Source of the DNA: Antedon mediterranea
Lineage: Eukaryota; Animalia; Echinodermata
Length of the DNA: 64,000 nucleotides
Direction of reading: 5' to 3'
NCBI RefSeq assembly: GCF_964355755.1
Contig: NC_092678.1
Span: 14,596,371 to 14,660,370, forward strand
This document shows, one piece after another, positions 14,300 to 27,629 of the stretch. Each line of letters starts with the position of its first letter. Positions within the stretch are counted from its first letter, which is position 1. Position numbers and translations under genes: made by a program. The notes beneath the pieces are model-generated. The model searched no databases, was not told the DNA's origin, and saw only the letters and a program-made list of their open reading frames with translations.

Positions 14300-14897
14300 A
14301 GATTCAAGATTCAAGATTTAAGAAATTTTATGTCCATAAAAATGGAAATTCACTTTGCTTGGTAGATGTTGCAACAATTTAAAACGTGCAGTATTATAAC
14401 AGATAAAATACAAGATATACAGTTCAAAAAATAAAAAAAAACTGTTAAAAATGTAAAACTATTTAAAAATTGCATTACCGTCTTACAGTAGAATTAAAAA
14501 TATGAATGCTATTTACAACGAAGGATTTTCTAGTTCTACAAAGATTTGCTCTTGGAGGTCGTAGCCTAATACCTGATCTATTTAAGTTATAACAGTAACG
14601 TAAATGATGAGTGGGGTCTTTCATAATATTGTTTACTTTTTTTTAAATACTCTTTTCATAGATAAATGAACAAGGCGTTAGATCAGCTTCTATAATAAGT
14701 TGTGAAATTTTACGTGGTCTCTCAATATTTTTCTTATCATTATCAGTATAGTTACCATAAAAACATCCAATGCTAAAAGATAAAATACTTTGAATAATAC
14801 TTTGATAAAATAGAATTAAAATAGTGTTATCAACTCTAATTTGCTTGAGTTTTCTGAGAAAGTAAAGCCTTTGAGATGCCTTCTTGTAAATCATTAA
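14300..14897 (-). mobile_element. Rex1/Babar-like LINE 3' fragment
   Basis: KKASQRLYFLRKLK..FYQSIIQSIL motif; (CTTGAAT)n tail on the minus strand. Confidence 0.7.
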
Positions 14898-15106
14898 TTA
14901 ATTAACAACAGTAAAAACTAATTTAGTACCGTAGATTTTGCGATGCACCTGTGACGTCACAGTAATTTACGGCGACGGCTGTACGGCGAGCGCGTGTGAT
15001 TATATCCTTAATCTCGCGATTGTTCTGAAATCATATGTATTTAATTATCCATGTTGCATAATCCAATGAAGAAAAATATTATACTTATTGAAATATTTTT
15101 TTATAG

Positions 15107-15217
15107 GAAGGAACCAATGCTCTACATGTATTTCTAAGTGGCAAATATCTTCAACCTACTTTAAAAATAGTGACTTATCTCATTAATCTTGGTGAATCTC
15201 CAACATTACAAAATAAG
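15107..15217 (+). CDS. Ankyrin-repeat exon A3 (EGTNALHVFLSGKYLQPTLKIVTYLINLGESPTLQNK)
   Basis: TTTTATAG acceptor, 111 nt open, AAG|GTAATG donor; near-identical to A1. Confidence 0.85.
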
Positions 15218-15995
15218 GTAATGTACATAAGAGTGTAATGTTCGTGACGTGTGGAGCTCGAACACACACACTAAATTTTAACTTTTCAGAGTGGTTACGA
15301 TAAGAAGCCAATACAGTTTGACACCTTTAGCGTTCGTGGTACCGAGATCAAATCTCTAAAAGCGAAATGAAAAAAGTATATATTGTTTTGATTATCAGCA
15401 TCGTTTATTTAATTTTATTTTTATTCAATGTTTGACTTTATAACTTTTTATTTTACATCATTATTATATAGGGGCAATATATTTTTAATTAATAATATTT
15501 GTTATTATATGGTAGCCAACCACCAAAACTGGTTTTTGCCCAAAACGGCCATTATACATCATTGTACAACCTAGAAGATTGTAACCTCCCTATTCCTACC
15601 TCTGGATTATCTAGCTGTTTATCGGACAGTTCTAATTTATTGTGAAAATGCTGTTCTAATTCGATTTGGTACCATTATTATGCCAATTTTACGATTTTTA
15701 TCATCTATTAAACAGTAGCTGTTTGGTTTTCCTGTAATGTGGTTGTCTCACGCTATGAGCAGTAAATTGATCTGACATTTTTTGAACACAACCCAAATCA
15801 CCAGTAGTGGTGTTTTTAACTCTATATTTGTACATCAGAGTGGTTATGATAGGCAAATACAGTTGGACACCTTTAGCGTTCGTGGTAACGAGATCAAATC
15901 TCTAAAAGGGAAATGAAAAAAATATATATTGTTTTGATTATCAGATCAAAGCTCTAATAGTAAATGGGAAATGAAATATTATATATTTTTTTATT

Positions 15996-18900
15996 ATCCA
16001 TGGGCCAGGTCCAGTTTTTTGCTAAAGCAGTATCAAATAGGTAGCACATGCTACCATACATTTTTGGAAATCTTAATATGTCTACTTTTCAGAAATCCAT
16101 GATAGTAATGCCAATTGTACAGCTTAATAGTCATTTTTTAGGATTATATAACACCGCCTACGGAAAATATGCAACACAAAATGTTGGGGTAGGGGAAACA
16201 CTTTTGCTAATAACTCGGTATTTAATGAACAGATTGGCATTTTCTTGGTATCAATATGTAGTGTATAGACTGCTTAAATGTAATATATTTTTCTAAGTAA
16301 ATCCAACAATTATTGACGCCATTAGAGGTCAGAAGGTCATTGAACTTTAGTAAAAAATGATTTTTTTGTCTAATATTAACTTATACATTTCAGTTTTTAA
16401 CCAAAAAAATACAATAGATGTTATGTAAACTGATGTTTTCATGAACATATAGACCCAATAAACAAGAAAATTGAAGTTAAAGATTAACAAAATATGAATA
16501 TTCTGTGTATTATGAAGAAATTTGTTGTTTTTAGTAATTTGTAATCAGTTACAATTATGGGGTAGGGGGTAACATTTTTGCGAATAACTTACAATTTAGT
16601 CAACAGATTTGCATTTTCTTGCAATCAGTATGTAGTGTATAGATTGCCTAATTGTAATATACTTTTTAAAATTGAATCCCGTATTTATTGACATCTTTAG
16701 AGGTCAAAAGGTCACTGACCTTTAATAAAAAAAATGCAATTTCTTCAAAATTAGCTTATACATTTCAATTTTAAACACAAAAATACAAGATATTATCTTA
16801 TGCAAACTAATGTTTTCTTAAACCTATAGACACAATAAATAAGAAAATTGAAGTTAACATTTGTTCAAAATTGAATATGCTGTGCATTGTAAAGAAATGT
16901 TTTCGTCATTAGTAATCTTTGACCATAATGGGGTAGGGGGTAACGTTTTTGCAAATAACTTAAGATTTAGTTATTAACAGATTTCCATTTTTTTGTTATC
17001 AGTATGTAGTGTATGGATTTCTTTATTGTAATATGCTTTTAAAAAATTAATCGAACATCTATTGATGTATTTTAGAGGTCAAATGTCAATGATCTTTAAT
17101 CAAAAATGCAATTTCTTCTTAATTAGCTTATACATTTCAATTTTAAACACAAAAATACTAGATATCTTATGCAAACTAATGTTTTCTTAAACCTATAGAC
17201 ACAATAAATAAGAAAATTGAATTTAACAAACAAATATTCGGTGAATTTATGAGAACATTCTGTCTGTTAATAGTAATGTATTATTAACAATTATAGGGTA
17301 AGGGGTTACATTTTTCCTAATAACTTTGTATTTAGTGATCACATTTGCATATTTTTGGTATTAATATGTACTGCGTAGGTTGCCTAATTGTTATATTCAT
17401 TGTGAAAAAATAAAACGTAACATATATTGACATCATTGTAGGTCAAATGGTCATTGAACATTTAAAGAAATGCAATTTCGTCCAAATGTAACATTAATAA
17501 AGTTTCAATATTAAAACGCAAAAATACACCAAATCTAACCTTTTTTTAAACCTATAAAGACAATGGACAAGAAATTGAAGTTAAAGATTAAATACAAATA
17601 AACCTGTGTAATAATATTAGGAATTGTGACCGTAATAGTAATTTGTAATTATTAAAAATTATGGGGTAAGGGGTAACATTTTTGCTAATAACTTTGAATT
17701 TAGTCAACATATTTTGCATTTCTAGGAACCAATAAGTAGTATATAAACTGTTTAATTGCTAAAAAATTATCAAACTGTTATTACCAATAGATTTATGTAG
17801 TTTTTAACTTATTAAACCTATAGAAAAAAATTCATCGTTTAGTATTGTTGTGGGATACGAAATAACAAAATGTATGACTTTTTGGAAGGTATACATTATT
17901 TAATTTATTATTAATTAAAACAAATGAATTTTAAATATGAGGATAATAAATATATCTTTGATGTTTCATTGTTATTACATATTGATAATAATAAACATAT
18001 CCAGCTTCTGTGTTGTAAATTGTTTTTTATAATTTACATATTCTAAACATTCAATTGTCTATAGTAATCATATAAATTGTTTAGATTACCAATTTTATCT
18101 TTTATTTGTAACTGATAAGATATTCTAAGGTTATAATTGTTCATCTGGTTTGCAAATGCAAATGAGATAGTTTTCTAAACAAAACTATTATGGTATTGTA
18201 ATATTACAGGACAATTACATTTTACTTCATCTTGATTTAAAGAAAACAGTTAGTTTATTCAAACTCGTTAATATGTCAATTTTTTAGATTTTCATATTAG
18301 CTGCAGTTCCACATCTTCCACATACGTTTGAAAGAACTGGATATCTCTATGTTTTTATATCGCAGTTTGAGGTATGTGCCATGTATCTTGGCATGGTCGA
18401 AGGTGGTTCTAAGTTTTCCCCATTTTGATCAAGGTTACCATTAATATCTATTAACCAATGTTTTAACCAAGAACACTGGTGCAGCATGTCACGTTCTTCA
18501 GTCTCTTTGTATTTTCTGGAATTCTGGAAAGGACTCAACATATTGTGTCGATTGAGACATTGACATGGAAATTAACAATTATATTGGAAGATAACTCATG
18601 ACACAATCACCTAAAGTTAGGTGAGAAGATCCAGTCAATACAATTTACACAGGAAGGAAAAAATCATATCTGGTACATCTTCAGAAGAGACTGTCATGCA
18701 TACTTTACATTTTCCTCATTGCTCACAGACGCCACTGAGCCAAATAGTGTTTCTATCCATTGTTGGATGCCCTTCACATCTCTAGAAAATACAGACTGAA
18801 GACTATAACGTGCTGTACCAGTGTACTTGGTTCTAGTATTTTCGTCAGCTTTTTTATAACATTTTAAAAGATATTAACGGTAACGTTGATCAAAATCGGG

Positions 18901-21456
18901 AAACTTGCAAAGTATCACTTTCCAAAATGTCAAGGAACATTGCAAAAGATCATACTTCAGTTTGCGATAACAAAATCATGTATTTTAAAAAGATTTCTAT
19001 ATATACCGTACCCAGTTGTTTTAAATGATGTAGGCTTTACTGGAATTTGACGATGTAATATAATAGAATTAATTTTTCTAGAAAGTGTGAATTGCTAAAC
19101 TGCAGCTGATATGCAGATCTGAAACATTTACATATTGTTACGGAGTTCATTTTTGTAAACCAAGATACAGGAAAATGTCAGATGAACATTTATAGAAAAA
19201 GAATATCTTTTAAATACAAATTTAATTGGTAGGCCCTAGTGTCATTTTCAAAATTACTATATAAGTCGATTAATTGATTTAAAGTACAATCTGTAAAATA
19301 ATAACAATTTATACAGTATAGCCTAAAAACAGTAGCCGGAGGATATGTATTTAAAAAATAACCAAATACTCTATCTAAAGTAGTGGAGCTGTAGCTTGGT
19401 GGTTAACGTGCTTGCCTTCCAATCCCAAGGTCCGGGGTTCAATCCTGATCTAGTGTCAGGCTTGTAACTCACGACTCTTTCAACTCCACTCCTTAAGCCT
19501 TAAGTGAGACAGTTTATAATCACGATAAATTATAAAATAGTTTATGCATCCTGTAATTTCACGATGAAATAAAAGTTTTTATAAAGCTCCTATCCTCATA
19601 TTAAAGCAAAATCATTAATTTTTTTTTTCAATAATGTATACCCTCTAACAAGTCATGCATACTGTTATTTTGTACCCCACAACAACACTAAATACTAAAA
19701 ATTTGTCTACAGGCTTTAAATAAAACTACACAACCAGTATTGGTAATATTATTTGAGATCAAAATGTTGCATAATTTTTTGATATAACAATTTTTAATTA
19801 AACATTTTATACAGAACCCTACTTATTGTTACCAAGAAAGGCAAAATATGTTCAATAATTTCAAAGTTATTAGCAAAAATGTTACCCCTTACCCCATAAT
19901 TTTTAAGGATTACAAATAACTAATACGGTCAAAATTCTTCATATTGTTAGTGCCTATACATGTTTATTTGTGTTTAATCTTTAACTTTAATTTGTATTTG
20001 TACATTGTCTTTATAGGTTTGAAAGAAAACACCAGTTTGTAATAGATTTGTTGTATTTTTGTGTTTAAAATTGAAACTTTATTATTGTTAAATTTGGAAG
20101 AAATTGTAATTGTTGGTAATGTTCAATGATCATTTGACCTACAATGATGTCAATATGTTACGTTTCATTTTTTCAACATGAATATTACAATTAGGCAACC
20201 TACAAAGTACATATTAATACAAAAAAATGCAAATGTGATCACTAAATACAAAGTTATTAGAAAAAATGTTACCCCTTACCCTATAATTGTTAATAACAAA
20301 TTATTATTAACGGACAAAATGTCTTCATAAATTCATAGAATATTTGTTTGTTTAATTTCAATTTTCTTATTCATTGTGTCTATATATTTAGGAAAACATC
20401 AACATAAGATTTTTTGTAAGTTTGTGTTTAAAATTGAAATGTATAAGTTAATTTAGAAGAAATTGAATTTTTGATTGAAGGTCATTGACCTTTGACCTCT
20501 AAAGACGTCAATAGATGCTGGATTCATTTAAAAAAAAGTATATTACAATAATGAAATCCATACACTACATAATGATAACATGAAAATGTAAATCTGTTCA
20601 CTAAATCTTTAGTTATTTGCAAAAATGTTAACCCTACCTAATTATTGTCAAAGATTACTAATGACAAACAAGTTTCTTTATAATGCACAGCATATTCAAT
20701 TTTGAAAAAATGTTAAATTCAATTTTCTTATTTATTGTGTCTATAGGTTTAAGAAAACATTAGTTTGTATTTGATTTCCTGTATTTTTGTGTTTAAAATT
20801 GAAATATATAAGCTAATTTAGAAGAAATTGCATTTTTTATTAAAGGTCAGTGACCTTTTGACCTCTAAAGATGTCAAAAATGCGGGAATCATTTTTAAAA
20901 AGTATATTACAATTAGGCAATCTATACACTACATATTGGTAGCAAAAAATTCAAATCTTTTAACTAAATTGTAAGTTATTGGCAAAAATGTTACCCCCTA
21001 CCCCATAATTGTAAACGATTACAAATTACTAAAAACAACAAATTTCTTCATAATACACAGCATATTCATATTTTGTTAATCTTTAACTTCAATTTTCTTG
21101 TTTATTGGGTCAATATGTTCATGAAAACATCAGTTTGCATAACATCTATTGTATTTTTTTTTGTTAAAAACTGAAATAATTGTTGGATTTACTTAGAAAA
21201 ATATATACACAACATATTGGTACCAAGAAAATGCAAATCTGTTCATTAAATCCCGAGTTATTAGCAAAAGTGTTATCCCCTACTCCAAAATTTTGTGTTG
21301 CAGGCGGTGTTCTATAATTCTCAAAAATGACTATTAAGCTGTACAATTGGTATTGTTATCATGGATTTCTGAAAAGTAGACATATTAAGCTTTCCAAAAA
21401 TGTATGGTAGCATTTGCTACCAATTTGATACCGAAAAAATGTCTGGCCCATGGGCT
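15996..21456. mobile_element. Foldback-like DNA element with ~2.3-kb imperfect inverted arms built of ~370-bp subrepeats
   Basis: CCATGGGCCAG...CTGGCCCATGGGCTA ends; GGGGTAGGGG-type motif at ~16186, 16559, 16929, 17297, 17663 mirrored at ~21277, 20995, 20631, 20272, 19886. Confidence 0.85.
19380..19540 (+). mobile_element. tRNA-derived SINE fragment in the foldback right arm
   Basis: GTAGCTTGGTGGTTAA A box and GGGGTTCAATCC B box. Confidence 0.6.
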
Positions 21457-21457
21457 A

Positions 21458-21750
21458 TGATTGAATGGCCGAGCGGTTAAGACATTCGAACCGTCATCAC
21501 GTAGCCATAACATCGGCAGTAGTTCGAGGCTCATTCACTCCATCGTTCTGGTGGTAGAACGAGTCTTCTCGGATAAGGACTATAAACCGTAGGTCCAATG
21601 TACACATCTAGCTCGTGTGCACTTTAAAGAACCTAGTACATCTTTCGAAACGAGTAGGGGTTTACCCCGGTGTATTAGTACATCACAGCCACTGATCACA
21701 AACTGGGCCCTCTGGGAGAGGTTACCCAGTATAAATATATATTTCAATCA
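21458..21750 (+). mobile_element. tRNA-head SINE with Deu/Nin central domain
   Basis: TGGCCGAGCGGTTAAG A box, GTTCGAG B box, then CGGATAAGGACTATAAACCGTAGGTCC...TTAAAGAACC...GAGTAGGGGTTTACCCCGGTG, resembling the Deu domain as I recall it. Confidence 0.75.
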
Positions 21751-21842
21751 GCATCGTGTGTTTAATTTTATTTTTCATTAAAACTGCAAAATGGCCTATT
21801 CAAAGACTGACTTTACAACTTTTATTTTTTTCATAATTTTCT

Positions 21843-24800
21843 GGGGGACACCAGATAATACGGGCACACTGCTTGATATGATACCATTAATGACGACTTG
21901 TTGTTGCCGGTCATAGAGGAAGCTCTTTATCCACTTATGCACTTTTCCCTTGATCCCATACCATTCCAATTTTGACAGCAGTCGCAGGTGTCCAACCTTG
22001 TCAAACGCTTTGGCAAAACATCAGTTTGCAAACCGTCCATCATATTTGCTGTGATATCATGTACAAATTCTATCAACTGTGTCTCACGCCTTGCTCGAAA
22101 TACATGCTGCTTAGAATGTAGAATAGTGTTTAATTATGCATGGTTCATCAGACTACTAGTGATGATGTGCTCCATGACTTTAGATGCGATACTTGTCAGG
22201 CCAATAGGTCGGTAATTTCTTTTGACACTAGGCTGGCCTTTCTTGAAGATGGAGACAATATTTGCATTCTTCCAGTCACTAGGCACAATCCCAGTATTTA
22301 AAGATTTCTTGAACAAGCCACAGAATATCGGGGATATATCTGTTGCAAGTTCTCGGAGCACTCTTGGGCTTATGTTGTCAGGTCCCGAGGCTTTTGCTGG
22401 ATGCAGCTCTTTCAGCAATTTGCAGACTCCTTCTTCTGTGATGTTAACTTCTGGCATGAGCGTGTGTTCGGTAGGGGGAAATGTGTGAGTCAAAGGACTT
22501 TCATGTATAAATGTTGACTGAAACTGTTGATTTAGAGGCTCGGGTTTCGCTTTATCATCGGTTACTAGTCTGCCATCATCTTTAATGTCACTGACGCCAG
22601 TGAAGCCATTTTTCCTATGTTTTATATATTTCCAGAACTTTTTTATGGGTTGGTAGGTGTTTTTATCTTCTTTAGGGGTTATCATATTCTCTATGTATTC
22701 CCAATATTGCTTTCTCATTTCTCTTTGACATTGGCTCTTCAAGAGACGGAATTTCTCTTCATCCTGTGTACGGCCACGTTTTGTACAAGCTTTATAGGCT
22801 TTATCCCGTCTACGCATCATTCTTTTTAGGCTCCGAGATATCCATGGGGAAGATTCTTTTTTCTTTACGATTTTGCTTGGGATGTATTTTTTTATACCTT
22901 CATTGAGATGAGTTTTAACCCTATTCCAGTCATCATCAACAGAGCTTGTTAATGTGAACGGTGGCAAGGTCCTCATATGCATTGCCAATCCTATCCAGTC
23001 AGCCTTATTGTATAAAATAATGGATCTTGGAACTTGATTCTTTCTAGGAAGTTTAAGGGTTAGCTCAGTGTACACAATGCTGTGATCACTGATACCTGGT
23101 AACACCTGGGTCCTACGTACGAAAGTTGGGCGGTTAGTTGCTATTAGATCAAGGATGTTTTTTCCTCTGGTGGCTTCTCTTACAACTTGTGTGAGGCCAT
23201 TATCACAAAGTATACCATAGAATCTGCTATGCAGTGAAGGAAAGGGGCAGGAATTATAGCATGTGTTGTGATTCCAGTCCCATCCGGGGAAGTTAAAGTC
23301 ACCTCCGATGAGTACTACTTTGTTGTTGTTGTTTGTTAACTAGCTGAGGGACATTGCTAATGCGTCTAGTGTACTGGTGTCACCAACATTTGGTCTGTGC
23401 CTTACACTGGATCAACTTCACTTTAACCCAAATAACTTCAGTATTGTCCTGTTCTAAGTCATACTCTCTGGAACTAGGTATCGAGCTGTTGACTGCAACT
23501 ATGAGTCCTCCGCCCTGGGCTTGGAGACTCCGATCCCGTCTATGAATGGTATACGATTTACTAAAGTATTCAGAGTCTTTAATTTCGTTCTTAAACCATG
23601 TCTCAGTTAGCATCATAATATCTGGTTTTCCACTTTCTATCAAATTATTTAGTTGGGGCTTCTTTTTTACTAAGGATTGACAGTTAATATTTAATATTCT
23701 GAGGGGTCTTGATCCAGTTATAGTCTTGGGTTTAGGTTTAATTGGTGTTGATGCATAAGTTGGACTTGATAGACTACTGATGCTGGTGTTATCTGAACAG
23801 CTGCTATCTCTTGTATTTGAATGCAGATCACTTGTTCTATGCAGGTCAAACAGCACAGAGCTATAGTTGTTGCCCTGACAGATTGTGCATATCCATGCTG
23901 GAGTTCTGTCATCTTCAAAAGCATGGTACATGGAGTCAGTCACTTGCTGGAAATGACTGTGGAACCATGACTCACAGGTTTCGCATATAATAGCCTTATT
24001 TTCCCAGGTAATTTGGGTTTTACATACCGCGCAGTACTTGGCTGAATCATTAGGAATAATTTCATAATTTTTATTAGAGTTAGTTTTGCCTCTTGTTTTG
24101 TCTCTATTATTATTAAGATATCGGAACTTAGCTCTTTTTCATCCTCTTCTTCCACGCTTTCTCCTGCGCTTTCTCCTGTTTTTGCAAATTCCCAGCTGAT
24201 CTGGAAATCTAAAAAACTTTTCTAGGATCTCAGTTGAGCAGAACTTTCTGGTGTTGAAAAAACATGATTTTGATTGGTCCAGTTGTAGAAGTTCCTGCCT
24301 AGAGTACTGCAAAGGTTTTTTAATTACCATAACAGGATACTGCGGTGAGAAGAAAATACCTTTAATTTAACTGTGCCGTGTTAATAAATATATATCTATG
24401 AATAAGTTGTTGTAATCTCACAACCGGTAAGCTTGGCTTAGGCTGGTATACGATTTAGAAGCTTTTGTTTAGCTTAGTAGTGTAGGCCTAGCGGTATTTG
24501 GCCTAGCCAGATTTGTTTAGCCTTATAGTGTAGGCCTAGCAGTATTAGGCCTAGCCAGATTTTAGGTGGATTAGACTAAAGTCTGATTTTAATTTGGCAG
24601 CATACAGTAGATAAATAGTCAGTTTATTTCTTGTATTTAAGTAAGGATAACATCCTAATTGGTATAATTAATACATTATTCTGCGATACAATGAGCCGTT
24701 TTGGCATAAGAAGGAAGAAGTTTTAGACGGCTTGCAACATGGGTAGAAGTACACCAGGGTCCTAGTGCAATAGTGGAAACAAATGTTATCAAATCTATGT

Positions 24801-24890
24801 TTCGCGGTACACCTGAGATAGATAAGGTAGGTATCCAAAACGGAGATTTGTCCCGAAGTATTTCCATTGTGCTCGCCTATGTCAGAAGTA
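21843..24890 (-). mobile_element. CR1-group LINE, 5' part (leader, PHD-like finger, APE endonuclease, start of RT), 3'-truncated and degenerate
   Basis: YSRQELLQL..RKRGRRG leader, WICTIC, NINCQSL..LTETW, GGDFNFP, GISDH, KASGPD, GVPQ motifs with frameshifts. Confidence 0.88.
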
Positions 24891-25756
24891 ACCATAATTT
24901 ATATATAAATGGTAGCCAAACACCAAAATGGTTTTTTGCCCAAACGGCCATACATCATTGTACAACCTGGAAGCTTTTAACCGCCCGATTCTACTACTGT
25001 TCTAAGTAAATTTGGAACCATATATCAATTTTACTGTTGTTATAATATATTAAGCAGTTACTTTTTGGTCTGGCTGTAATGTGGTTGTCTCACGCTATAA
25101 GCAACGAAATTTGATCTGATGTTTTTTGATATATGATGACATGTTTTCTGTTTTAAATATCTCTAACAATCTAGCTTTTCCACTTTTTATTCTCACCATC
25201 TCCCTTTCTCTTATCACCATTGATGATCTTCTTCTTTTTGGATTTACTGGAACCATTTTAATCAACTGAGCCGATTGACACACTACGTGTACGTCGGATT
25301 ACAATGTTGCGTCTAACATATTCGATTATTATGCGGTTTTTGGTATTTATTATACCTTACGTTGATTTAGTCTTCCTCGAAACTGGACATTGATCACATA
25401 TTGACTCAAATGCTGTTTACAAATATCCAAACACCGATTTTGAAATATATTTTTACTAATTGGGCCAGCTAAGCACAAAACATCATATACAACAGGCGAG
25501 CGTGTCGGTCAGCTGGAGGACAAAGCATACAACAATAGCACATTGTTATCGCATTGCCCACTTTCAAAAAGCATTCCAACACTAAAATCCAGCAGCCTTA
25601 AGCCTATTTTACACTAGACGAATTTATATGCGCGACGCGAATTATTTCGCCGCGAAAAAGATCGCGCGATTGTATATTTTATTTTACACTAGCAATTCGT
25701 GATTCGATTCGCTCGGTAGTTTTTGCGCCATTAGCGGTGATTAGCGCGAAATTAAA

Positions 25757-27069
25757 ATGGCTGCAGTGAATGTTAGTTCAGTAATGTTATTACTTATAAA
25801 ATCACGATTATTAACTATGTTAATACTAAGGAGGAGACAACAGACACGGATGCAGCGATTTAGAAGAAGACGACGGTTTTGGGTAAGGAAGATATATGAA
25901 GAACGTGAGCAAAAGGGAGAATTCCATCTTCTCGTTCAGGAACTGAAACTGTACGATGCAGAATACTTCTTTCGGTGTTTTAGAATGTCTCCAGAATTGT
26001 ATAACCACCTCTTGAGTTTAGTAGGTCCACATATTCAGACATCTACGACTAAAATTAGACAGCCCATCGGCCCAAGTGAATGATTTACAGTTTGTCTGAG
26101 ATACTTAGTGACTGGAGATGCACAAGTAACAATAGGTGCAAGTTACCGCATGAGCCCAGCAACATTAGGAATTATAATAAATGAAACGTGAAATGTTCTC
26201 TGGACGGTCTAAACCAGGAAGGTTATATAAAACACCCATCGTCAGAGGATGAATGGAAATGTATTGCCAAAGATTTTTCTGATCACTGGAATTGCCCAAA
26301 CTGTCTGGGTGCCATAGATGGGAAACAAGTTGTCTTGCAAGCACCAGCAAATTCTGGATCAGCCTATTTTAATTATAAGAAAACATTTAGCATCGTACTC
26401 ATGGCAGTCTGTGATTCAAATTATCAATTTACTTTGGTAGATATTGGGGATAGCGGTCGGCAATGCGACGGAAGTGTGTATAATAATAGTCATTTGGGGT
26501 ATGCAATTGAAAATAATTTGTTACACATTCCAGGACCACGACGGCTCCCAAATTCAGACAAACGTCTTCAATTTGTATTTATTGGAGACGATGCATTTGG
26601 ATTGAAACCCCATATGATGAAACCATTTCCGTCACAGAATTTGTCTATGGATAAACGCGTCTTTAATTATCGGTTGTCTAGAGCAAGAAGGGTGATCGAG
26701 AACACTTTTGGAATAGCTGCAAGTAGATTCAGAATATTACGAAGGCCCATTATTGCCAGTGTACAAAAAGTAATCCTAATCACAAAAGCCATTGTTGTAC
26801 TTCATAACTTTTTGATGAAAACAAGTGCAATTAATAATAACAATTATTGTCCACCAAACTTTGTTGACCGTGACGGACCATCCGGATTTAGAGGAGGGGA
26901 TTGGAGAAAAGACAACGATGCTATTGGGGGATTGCAACCTATGCAGCGACTTGGTTCTAACAATTATTCAAACAATGCTGCTACAGTCCGACAAGACTAT
27001 ATGCATTATTTCAATAATGAAGGGCAAGTAGAATGGCAATGGCAACTGGTGAATCGTACTGTAACTTAA
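25757..27069 (+). pseudogene. Harbinger DDE transposase (HARBI1-like), disrupted
   Basis: FRMS, LRYLVTG, GAIDGKQV, FIGDDAF and RRVIENTFG motifs; TGA at 26081 and 26188 plus a frameshift. Confidence 0.92.
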
Positions 27070-27629
27070 CGCGATGTGTCTTTAGATGAATGAACTACTG
27101 GAGAGTGATTTATCAACGTTGATAACTATTTATTTTAACATGATACAATACAATACAAAACTAAACTCTATTGTGACTACACTGGCATCAGTGAATGTTC
27201 ATCACAGTTACATTTAAGTATAGGGAAAATGGTTGCAGTACTCAAACTTTAACTAATTTTAAGAGTAAAATAAAAACATGAATGCTATAGCCTATAAAAG
27301 AGTAATTACATGCACAAATTTAACACTAAACTAACTAATTTCTATTGATTTACCATTTTGTATGTAATGTACAAGCTTCACAATTATTTGAAATAAAATG
27401 CATTGTATTCGAGGTTGTTCCGATATATGTTGTTATTGTATATTTTATTTCAGGATCTTGTCTCGAGCAAGGGACAAGACATCTGGTAACGATTGTGCAA
27501 CAGGGTTTGAGTAACCCAGTCCAACAGACATCAGTGAATTTTACTGAGGCAAAAAAAAACATTTGTTGCCAAATATAGACATAATATGAAAGCTAATTAA
27601 TGAAATTCTATCTATATAGGCCTACATGT

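Larger units (their letters stand above)
6371..15040. mobile_element. Old TIR DNA element (TTAA-flanked, Kolobok-like) enclosing a nest of LINEs
   Basis: ~110-bp imperfect inverted repeats at 6376-6486 and 14930-15040; TTAA at 6367-6370 and 15041-15044; paralogous copy at 1-330 and 1399-1430. Confidence 0.65.

Noticed and set aside
18300-18860. P-element-like transposase remnant in the foldback centre
   Set aside because: Only a vague IETLFG-like similarity amid stops; insufficient to call
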